Below are positions 52,877 through 64,000 of a stretch of 64,000 bases of DNA, in pieces. The stretch is from Eledone cirrhosa (Eukaryota). Under the pieces are notes generated by a model. The model did not search any database, was not told the DNA's origin, and was given only the letters and a program-made list of their open reading frames with translations. The stretch is taken from the NCBI GenBank assembly GCA_964016885.1, contig OZ024759.1:30132001-30196000 (forward strand), read 5' to 3'. Both the position numbers and the translations under genes were made by a program. How positions within the stretch are numbered: position 1 is the first letter of the stretch; every line of letters starts with the position of its first letter.

Positions 52877-54136
52877 GTTGTATTAATATTATAGTTATAA
52901 TATTAACAGGAGTAGTTAAACTCGTTTATCGGTTGATTTAACCTTGTAGCATTTAAACCGGCCGTATTCGGCCAGAATTCTCTCATCTCATTCCATTTAA
53001 ACCGGTTGTAACTGGCCATTCATACGTACACGAAGGTATTGTTCTCAAAATAAATAACATCAAATCTCATAGATTCGATACAACGTGAGATAATTTTGTA
53101 AGATAAAGCGTTTACTGTGAAAATAAAATAGTAAATGTAGAATAATGTAAATGTTAAAAGGTTAAAGCTCAATACATTGGGAGGTCATGCAGAGCTGTTA
53201 TACATTAAGTTTAAAAACACCAAAGATTTAAAGTATTATTAAACTGATAAATGTTTCTGCCGATGTAGAATTCCAACCACTGTTTACAATTCGACACCGG
53301 ATTCCTCAGAGTTTATTAAAGGTTTCATGTTAATTAATATTTCACACAAAATAACAATGTATTATATTAAAACAGTTATTATGGCAACAATTTACAAAAT
53401 GTGAAATTTTCTAACACGCGAACGTTTCAAACACCAAGTTGTGAAAGATTCAACAATTTAAAACAAAAAAAAAAAATTAATAATAATAATAAACAGTTCG
53501 GGTATGGCAATGATGGAGAGATGGCAGTTGGAGAAAATCTTATTTTGAGTTCATAGTTAAAAGATCAGAGTCGTTATTAATAAAACCCTAAATATATATT
53601 TTGAGAAGCGCGATATTCATACTTATAATTTGGTTCAGAGGTGTTAATGATTGCAGACATTGGATGTATTCAAAAATTATTTAAACAATACTGTGCTATT
53701 TAAATAGCACAGCATATACACGAGCATATTTACTGCGGAGTTAAAGATAAGTTCCTAAGTGAACATTTTCTGGGCAAGTTAATATAATTCAGCCTCACTT
53801 TCAATTTTAATATATTTTAATTTCAAATCCTGTATCCATAACATAAATATTTCATCTGATGAGCGTACTGCACGTTTCTGAAACCTTTGATAATGGAATA
53901 ATTATATTGTGTTTTTGATTATGTAATTAAATATATATATATATATTGTTATACTTGGGGAGGGTTATATTGTTATAATATTGCCAGAAATAATAACAGA
54001 ACACACTCACTGTTTGGTTTGGGTTGTATTCTGAGTGTGTTCTGTCATTATTTCTGGCAATATTATAACAATATGACCCTCCCCATGTATAACAATACTT
54101 GTTTCGACACACGATTTCATAACAAAAAACTTGCAA

Positions 54137-54182
<46 letters not shown>

Positions 54183-54399
54183 AGGGTTTGTAAATACAAA
54201 CCCGTTTTATTTTGAAATTTCTAGAAGTTTGAGTTCAGTGTTACAGTTGTCACGGTTATCACTATAGGTAAGTAATGTTTTTTTAACCACATACATTTAT
54301 GTATGTACTGCAGGATACGCTATCATAATTAAAAAAAATATATATATTTATAAAATGAGTTTTGTATTTCCCTGAAAAAGTTTAACTGACGGAATAGCC

Positions 54400-54870
54400 A
54401 AGGATAAATTGCGAATAATCAAGGATATAATTATGAAGGAAGATAAAAAGAAAGCATATTTCTTAATTGACATGAGAATTTCATCAGATCGAACATGTTT
54501 TCGAAAGAGTTTCAACATCTCAGTAAATATAAAGATCGATCAATTGAAATTGAGAAAATGTGGCATCTTAAGACCTGTACAATACCAACGAAGGTCGGTG
54601 TATTCGGAATGGTAAAAAACAAAAGACAACTGAAAAATATATGGACCTGGTACCTGGAAAGCTATCTCTGCAAGAGATTCAGAAAATAGCTTTGACTGAT
54701 ACTGTCCATGTAATGCAGAGACATTTACTGTTGTTTGTACTCTTGTGGCATCATTTGTGTGACAATTGTTTGTAAAATGTGTGTATTATCAAATGTTCCC
54801 TCAGATGTCAGGTTGACATTCGGCATGGTTTGAGAAAGAAGCAGAATTCAAAAGAAGTTTTAAATAACAA
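54400..54870 (+). mobile_element. R4/Dong-like non-LTR retrotransposon 3' fragment (restriction-like endonuclease)
   Basis: Frameshifted DIIM...YFLIDM, then K.SKYKD..IEIEKMWHLKTCTIP..VGVFG and LQEIQKIAL. Confidence 0.65.
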
Positions 54871-54894
54871 TATTAATAAAAATACAACAGACAT

Positions 54895-55120
54895 ATAAAA
54901 ATGAGAAAACTCATCGCTAGAACAGCCGATAAAACAGCTAAATGCTGTCAAAGACAGTGATGGGCAAAAATCTTGTCCTCCTCCTCTTCGTTCAATATTT
55001 TCTATATTTCATCTGCCTCTCACCTGCCTTGTGCATTGTCTCTCTTTTGACCGACATCTCATCGCTATCTTTGACAGCATTTCAACGGTTGTTCTACCGA
55101 GTTTTCTCATTTTTATATGT
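54895..55120. mobile_element. MITE-like element with ~60-bp imperfect inverted repeats
   Basis: ataaaaatgagaaaactc...aaatgctgtcaaaga and tctttgacagcattt...gagttttctcatttttat. Confidence 0.55.
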
Positions 55121-55745
55121 ATACAAATACACACCGCTTCATCTCGATCAGAGACAACATCTGTTTTTTTTTTTTACATTTAATAATAAGAAAACAAGAA
55201 GAAGAAGAAGAAGAAGAAGAAGAAGAAGAAGAAGAAGAAGAAGAAGAAGAAGAAGAAGAAACGTAGTAGTAGATGAAGTTTTAGATGGCTTACCTTTCTT
55301 TAGTGATTAACACACCTGAGAAAGATGAAAGAAAAAAACAATAAATAACAACATTAAAACAAAACTGAGAATATGTAAGGTGTTCAAAGAGAACAACGAC
55401 AATAACAAAAGCTCAAAGCTGTTAGTATATCATATGGTACATGAGGGAGTGGTGATTGTGGAGTGGGTTGAGTGTCTGAGGGACATAGAAACATATATAT
55501 AAACAATAAAAATGAAAATTGACACAATGAAAAATTCCCCAATAGGGGGGGAAACCTCCGAGGGTTACTCGTGGGGAAAACCACACAAAAGACCACGGCC
55601 ACCCTGACCACCAGGGCAAGTTCCCTCTCTCAATTTTTCCATCTCTCAAACTACAGGCGTATATTCAGAGCAGTCCCGTTCACTCGGACCATTCTCGCTA
55701 CATTCACCCACCTTTCAACAAACTTGCTAGAAGGCAGCACTTGCC

Positions 55746-55819
<74 letters not shown>

Positions 55820-55824
<5 letters not shown>

Positions 55825-56008
55825 TGTTTCTACGTTTGGCACAAGGCCAGCAATTACCCAGTGCATTACTGGTACTTTATTTTATCGACCCCGTAAGGAA
55901 GAAAGGCAAAGTCAACCTCGGCGGGATTTGAACTCAGATCGTAAAGGGACGTAACTATGCTGGAAAGCATGGCGTCCGACCCTCTACCGATGCTGCCAAT
56001 CCACCGCC
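55820..56008 (-). mobile_element. SINE family A, full length, in an (AAT)n tract
   Basis: Reverse complement of 15607-15791. Confidence 0.88.
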
Positions 56009-56042
<34 letters not shown>

Positions 56043-56400
56043 GAAGAAGAAGTCGACGATAAAAGTGATCCTCGGCAGAGAGGTACATCCTCTCGATACA
56101 CTCCCCTACTTATATAAAGCCCACCTCACCCCACCAAAAATGAATCTCGGCGGGATTTCAACTCAGAACGTAGAGAGATGGAAAAGAAATATACAACGTT
56201 AAAACTCTGCCAAGGGAAGTAATTAAGGAGAGTTAAAACACACCAAAGAATGATTGAATCAGTGAGATAATCAGGGGAGACAACTCCTGCAGTACTACTA
56301 CTACTACTCGCGAAAGAAACATTTCATTGATTTTACTCTCTGCACGCATGTGTGTGTGTGAAAGTGCGTGTGATTGTAAGAGTGTATCTGTGTGTGCCTG

Positions 56401-56456
<56 letters not shown>

Positions 56457-57177
56457 ATTGTGTGTGTATGTGTGTTTGCGTGTGATTGTGTGTGTTAGTA
56501 TGTGACTGTGTTTATGTGTCTGTCTGTATGGGTGTGTCTGCTTGTCTGTGTGTGTGTGAGTGTGTGTCTATCTGTTTGTGAGTGTGAGAGTGTGTGTGTG
56601 TCTGTCTGTGTGTATGTATGTGTGTGTATGTGTCTGTGTGTGCGTGTGAGAGACGGCGTGTGTCTCTGTGTGAGAGAGCGTGTGTGTGCGGGTAAGAGAG
56701 AGCGTGTGTCTGTGAGAGAGAGAGAGAGAGAGTGTGTGAGTGTGTGTGTGTGTGTGTGTGACTGTGAGCATGAGAGAGAGAGAGAGAGAAAGAGAAAGAG
56801 AGAAAGAGAGAGCGTGTATCTGTGTGTGTGTGTGCGAGAGTGTGTGCGTATGTGTGACTCTCTCTCTCTCACTCTCTCTCTCTCTCTGATTTCTTTCTTT
56901 ATTCTCTTACCATTTCAGTCACTAGAGTCCGGCCATGCTGTAGCAACACCTTAAAGCGAGTTACTTGATTACATCAAGCCCAGCTCTCATTGTTTAATTC
57001 TCTCATTCATTCCTTCTACTTATTCTTTCCTTTCATCTAATTTGTTATTTCCTCTTTCTTTTTTCCCTTTCTTTCATCTCTTAAATTCTCGCCATCTTAA
57101 CTGCTTCTAATTACCCCCCCCCCCCCTCGTCTCTCTCTCTTTTAATTACATTTATTCTTTATTCTTTCTAGATAAAC

Positions 57178-57246
<69 letters not shown>

Positions 57247-57503
57247 CTTGTATATCATCCACCATTTCTTTCTTAATGACCTAATCTCTCTCTCTATCTC
57301 ACACACTCTCTCTCTTTCTCTCTCCTTCTGCTTCTCTTTACTCCTCCCCCTTCCTATCTATTTTACATAACATCGTCTATCTATCTATCTATCTCTGCTT
57401 CTCTTTATACCTCCCTTCCTATCTATATAACATCATCTATCTATCTATGCTTCTCTTTATCTTCTCCCTTTCTTTCTAGATAACATAATCTCTTTCTTTT
57501 TCC

Positions 57504-57542
<39 letters not shown>

Positions 57543-57754
57543 CTCCCCGGCGGTGGATTAGCAGAATCGGTAGAGCGTCCGACAACATACTTTATACATT
57601 CTAACCACATGTCCATAGTATCAGAGCTGTGATCTCTAAATTCGGAGAAGTAGCGGCTCTACCTAAAGTGACTCTGTACTCCAAGGTACGCAACTCCAAA
57701 GACCCTTCGGCCGCTTGTATTCGCCATCGTATTCAATCGGTCATTACCTAAGAT

Positions 57755-58143
57755 TAATTGTTTCTACTTTAGGCACAAGGCCAGCAATTACCCAGTGCAT
57801 TACTGGTACTTTATTTTATCGACCCCGTAAGGATGAAAGGCAAAGTCAACCTCGGCGGGATTTGAACTCAGATCGTAAAGGGACGTAACTATGCTGGAAA
57901 GCATGGTGTCTTACCCTCTACCGATACTGCCACCCACCGCCCAATTACCTAAGATTAATTGTTTCTACTTTTGGCACAAGGCCAGCAATTACCCAGTGCA
58001 TTACTGGTACTTTATTTTATCGACCCCGTAAGGATGAAAGGCAAAGTTAACCTCGACGGGATTTGAACTCAGATCGTAAAGGGACGTAACTATGCTGGAA
58101 AGCATGGCGTCCGACCCTCCACCGATACTGCCACCCACCGCCC
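57755..58143 (-). mobile_element. Tandem dimer of SINE family A
   Basis: Two full copies with a ~200-bp period, each bounded by attacctaagattaat. Confidence 0.88.
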
Positions 58144-59222
58144 AATTACCTAAGATTAATGACCAGATGTCAGGGTTGGCACGAATACTGAATTGAAGAT
58201 AGCGAGTTTCGCTTTTTACGTCAACCTCCCTTCTTCTGGTTACTGAATGTTGAGGCTGACGCATTACCGTTTCTAGCATGCTGCTCAACTTCATAGAGTC
58301 TAACTCTTCAAATACCGGTCCCTCTCCGACAGGTTTGCGGTTTTACCCTTGGCAGTGGAGACTTCTGGTGTCCTCGGCCCTAGGGCTACCTCCATGCTCA
58401 CCACCATAGGAGCTGAGCTGGCCAGCCGCAGGTGTGAGCTTCACGAGCTGGAATAGCTTTTCCAGCGCGTCTCCCTGCCGTCCTCCGGGGAAACCCCTTC
58501 TCAATTCTGTCGGCCGTGGCTGTGGGGAGGCCATCAATATGATTGACTGACTTGTCATTTTATCAGTCAGACATGAAACCAGATACGGTTTCAACACCTT
58601 TATCCCTTTTTTAAACTAGGAGGCGTCAATAATTGTTGGGCGTCTGCTATTCAATCTCATTTATGAGGCTTTTTCTGCAACCTCAAAGACAACGTGCTTT
58701 CCATTGAAACATCGACACAATCGCGTCATGTCCGACCCAACACCCTGGATCTCTCATCGTGGCATTATTTATGAGGAGGAGATGTTTGATATCACCAGTT
58801 GTCACAATAATGAAAAATCATTCTATACGAATAGCTAGAGCAGGGTTTTGTTCATGACGTCATATGAATATTTTGTCATCTCCGTGAAGAAAAGTGCTGA
58901 GTAAATTGCTTCACACCAACCAACAACAACACAAATGCAACACAACACCAACATCACCACCGTCACTAACACCACCACCACCACCATCACTAACATCAAC
59001 ACCACCACCGCCACTAACACCACCACCATCACCACCTCCACCACCGCCACCATCACTATATCTTTCAATATCAATAAGTGACAGTATCAGAAAACAAACA
59101 AAAATCACACACACACACATACACTCACAAATACACACATATATATATGTATGTATATGCATGTATATGTATATATATATATATACCATATACAGACATG
59201 CATTTATATATACGCATGCACA

Positions 59223-59311
<89 letters not shown>

Positions 59312-59919
59312 GTGTGTGTATATATACCTGTGTCCTTAACTCATAATATAAACAGAGAGAAATTCAAAAAAAAAAAACACAACAAAAACACAACAAAACC
59401 ACAATAAAATCACACCACAACAAAATCACAACAACAGCACAAGAAAAATACAACAAAACCACAACAAAACTACAACAAAACCACAACAAAACCACAACAA
59501 AACAACAACAAAACCACAACAAAACTACAACAACACCACAACAAAAATAAACATCCACAAAACACAACAAATCCACAACAAAAATACCACAAAATCTAAA
59601 AGTAAACTAAACTAAAAATACAAAAAAAAAAACGAGAAAAATCAATAGCAACCATTTTTTTTCTCTCTCCCTTTCAACAATTCAACAGTTTTCTAGCTGA
59701 ATGGCTGTTAAGGAATGCTGGGAACGAGTGTGAATAAGTTTTGAAGAATCATTATAACTAGGAAGGAATAAATAATAAACATGGAAATAAAAGCAGTGAA
59801 AATAGAAATATATATAATGTATAATAATAAGGAATAATAGAAATAATAACGGAAGTTGTTATAATATGGTAGTAATGGTAATAATCGTAATGGTAATGAT
59901 TGTGAGAGTGATAATAATG

Positions 59920-59984
<65 letters not shown>

Positions 59985-60522
59985 GGTAGTAATAGTAGTA
60001 GTAGTGGTAGTAGTCGTGGTGGTAGTAGTAGTAGCAGCAGTGTTAGTATTAGTAGTAGTAGTAGTAGTAACAACAGCAGCAGCAGTAGTAATAGTAGTAG
60101 TAGTAACAGCAGCAGCAGTAGTAGCAGTAGTAGTAGTAGTAACCATAACATCAACAACAACAACAATAATAATAATAATGGTGATGATGGTGATGACAAG
60201 AAGAAGAAGAAGAAGAAGAAGAAGAAGAAGAAGAAGAAGAAGAAGAAGAAAAAGAAGAAAAAGAAGAAAAAGAAGAAAGCAATACTATGCCAGATTAATA
60301 TAGAAACAATGTTTGTAGAGTAAAAAAAATATATATAGAAGTAGAAATCCATTATGCAGAGATAAATAACAATTACATTTGGTTGTGTGTTTGTGTTTGT
60401 GTCATCGTCCATTTTGTTTTAAACATAGTTTATTGTTACGCCATTTTACACCATCCAGTGAATCATCAAAACACCCCGCTCCGCGTTTAAACACACGCCC
60501 AAATACACACACACACGCCCAA

Positions 60523-60598
<76 letters not shown>

Positions 60599-60755
60599 AC
60601 ACACACACAGACACACACACACACACACACACACACACGTATATATATATAGATATACCTTCCATACACAAGCACATACATACAAACACCTCGTTTCGCG
60701 CTTCAAGACACGCTCAAATGCACACACATGCATATATATATACATATATATATAC

Positions 60756-60827
<72 letters not shown>

Positions 60828-60991
60828 TTATATGTATATATATATATATACATATATATATGTATGTATATATATATATATATATATACAGACACATACA
60901 CACATTTCCATACAAACACACACATATCGATACGAAATCACGCACACACACTCACCTACTCACACATCCATACGAAATCACCCCCCCCCCC

Positions 60992-61060
<69 letters not shown>

Positions 61061-61390
61061 TTCATTCACACTTAATAAAAAAAGCTTCAGCAAGACGAAT
61101 TCAAAAAATATGACAAAGACAACAACATCAACAACAACAACAACACCAGAACAAATACGCGTGATTCCGTTTTCATTTATGTCACAGCAACAATTTCATT
61201 GAAGCAGACAATAAAGTATTCGGACTAGAAATGCGTGTGTTATGCTGTATTTTCACATATGCACCATGGCGGAGTAGTAAGAATTTCGCTTTACAATCAT
61301 TACAATACCAGGTGTGATCCCACAACGTGGTATCGTGGGAAAGTGTCATTTACCATGGTCTTAGGCAGGGCCGGATTTAATAGGGGGCAA

Positions 61391-61960
61391 TTCCAGATCC
61401 ACATCATGAGAGTTATGACTGGCAAGCGGCTCAGCGTCCGTATCTGTATCACTGAGCTGGTCTTGATTATGTTAATTTGACGACAAGGTCACTTCAGAAG
61501 CTCTCTACGTTCCAGAACCACATCATGAGGTATATGACTGGCAAACGGCTCAGAAATCGTATCTGTATCAGTGAGCTGGTCTTGACTGCGTTAAGTGGAC
61601 TACAAGGTCACTTCAGAAGCTCTCTATATTACAGAACCACATCACGAGACTTATGACTTGCAAGCGGCTCAGCGACCGTATCTGTATCAGTGATCTGCTC
61701 AACAGAACCAAACTTGACCAATTACAGCAATTGTCAAGTCAAGAGTACTCAAACTATACGGTCATATAAAAAGATCAACTCGTAGTGTGAATAGGTTATG
61801 CCTGGAAGAAGGTTAGCTGGAAAGAGAAGCAGAGGCCGGCAGCCAAAACGATGGCTTGATAATGTCAACTTATGGACTTGACTTCATCTTTACACTGTTG
61901 GTGATCGAACTTTGTGGAGAGAGATATCACATGTTGATGCGGAGTTTAGCGTCACAAGAG
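61391..61960 (+). mobile_element. Second copy of the RTE-derived element with 119-bp repeats, nested in a GC-rich MITE (61366-62228)
   Basis: Reverse complement of 23255-23760 with about 3 units. Flanked by cagggccggattta... and ...aattcagccctg. Confidence 0.75.
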
Positions 61961-63322
61961 AATTGCCCCTGGCCCCCTGCAATGGAGGCCTCACTAGCGA
62001 TGGTCGTAACAGTTTATTTGTGCCCTCAGATGGGTCTTTTAGTTTTAGGATGGTTTGAACTTTTTAATTTAATTGTTTCTTGTGACTTTTCAATTCCAAT
62101 TACTTGCGCCAAGTTAACTTTGATATGTAAAATTGCAGGGATTTGCTGTGTATTCTAATTTTTTGTGTATGAGGGGCCATCCAAACATGAAGTACCCCGA
62201 GTCCACTAAAGTCAAAATTCAGCCCTGGCCCCGAGTGGATACATGCCATGAGAGTGAAATTAGGTTGACGGGATCACTGTGGAAGCCCGTTCAATGAATT
62301 TACTCTAGCTGTAATTCAAAAGTTTCGTCACACGGTTTGATGTGCTGAATCTCCCTGAGAAATACGAGGAAGAAATCGGCTATGATCAAATCTGGAGAAA
62401 GATGGGTTCCGCTAGGGTTCAAAAATGTGCAAGAGACGTACTATGCATACATATATAATTACATGCATGCATAATACATACATACGTATACATACATAGA
62501 TACATACATATATATATATACGTATGCACACATACATACATACATATATACATTCATAATACGTGCATACACAAATGCACACACGTAGATGCGTACATAT
62601 ACACATACATACATACTCATACATACATACATACTTACACACACACATACATACACACATATATACTTACTTACACACACACAGGCATACACACGCATAC
62701 ATACACATAGATACATATATACATACATACACACACACACTTACCTACATACATGCTTACATACATATATGCATATACACAAAAACACTGTAAGCATTTT
62801 AGAAATGTTCTGCTAAATCTTTAGATTAATAGTCACTTCAAATATTTTACAATGCTCTTCAATAGTTGAAGTAGAAGAGTCTTTCTCACCTCCATTAACA
62901 AGAAAAAAAAACTATGTAGGAATAAAAGCAATTAATTTCATATATGCTGAAGGGATTGCGAGTAAAAGGAAAGCAATTTGAAGGCCGAAACACGCCTCTA
63001 ATAGAAATCGAAAGACTGAGAAAATATTGAACTGTTGATTACGTGTAGAAAATCCCCCACAGGCGAATACAATTATAAACTTCACTCTCAGAACACTTTT
63101 ATCGCTCCATATTACACGGTGCTACGAATGTCGGGGAAAAGATTCGTAGGTCGACGATGAAGAGTTGATGCTTGAGCTGTGAAAGATTGCATGCATTAAT
63201 TTCAATTCTCCTTACTATAATAACTGTATTGTTTCTTTCCAGGGACCATGTTGAAACATAAAGCAAATTTGGTCATTCCTTGAGAGTGTCTTGGTCAGCC
63301 TACGAACTTCTTAGCTAACCCC

Positions 63323-63393
<71 letters not shown>

Positions 63394-63710
63394 TACGATA
63401 TTAAATAAATGGAAACTATATTTATAAAACCATATTTATTTCATTATATATAAATATGGTTTTATAAATATAGTTTCCATTTATTTAATATCGTAAATAT
63501 ACTCCAAATACTTGTTGAGTGCTTTTATATATCAGTTATAAATATTTACTCGTTGTTAACCCAACAATTTAAAGAAAACTTTGCATATATAAATATATAT
63601 ATGGGGATTAGCTAAGAAGTTCTTAGGCTGACCAAGACATATATATATATATATATATGGTGTGTGTATGTGTGTGTGTAGGGGGGGGGGAACTATATAT
63701 CTATATATAA

Positions 63711-63751
<41 letters not shown>

Positions 63752-63876
63752 CGAGAATATATATATCCAGAGAAGGATAAAGAGAGAGAGAGAGAGTGTG
63801 AGGATGAAAGTGAGAAAGAGATATAGAGGAAGAATTGATCCGAGTACATGACTGGTATTTTTTTTATCAACCTCAA

Positions 63877-64000
63877 AATAATTGTTTCTACTTTTTGGCA
63901 CAAGGCCAGCAATTACCCAGTACATTACTGGTACTTTATTTTATCGACCCCGTAAGGATGAAAGGCAAAGTTAACCTCGACGGGATTTGAACTCAGACCG
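63877..64000 (-). mobile_element. SINE family A (runs off the window end)
   Basis: Matches the 3' part of family A. Confidence 0.85.

Noticed and set aside
58150-58620. GC-richer stretch, possibly a retrotransposon 5' UTR or HDV-like ribozyme
   Set aside because: I could not build the nested pseudoknot or find a linked ORF by eye.

Overview
Eukaryotic, very AT- and microsatellite-rich animal DNA. The SINE families and repeat landscape resemble octopus, which is an inference. Two host loci are supported. One is a tandem pair of nearly identical intronless DUF229 (alkaline-phosphatase/sulfatase-fold) genes at 232-2091 and 7081-8940. The other is a spliced LRRC74-like leucine-rich-repeat gene with 10 phase-compatible exons at 25722-36758. 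A decayed Penelope-like retroelement (RT plus C-terminal GIY-YIG, Hydra-type Cys motifs) sits at about 11.1-13.8 kb, with a hammerhead ribozyme (HHR) in its upstream pseudo-LTR. The main unexplained signal is the short unique islands between the (TA)n tracts. By eye I count about 25 HHR or HHR-like motifs from at least 10 unalignable mini-element families. Most are inserted in (TA)n, and many are head-to-head fold-back palindromes that turn inside the ribozyme. They share non-canonical core variants (U.U at the base of helix II, a CAGAAGA core) and a downstream ACTC...TTGAGTRC motif. SINEs, MITEs, Helitron-like elements, LINE fragments and minisatellites fill the rest. Almost all other ORFs in the track are microsatellite read-throughs.
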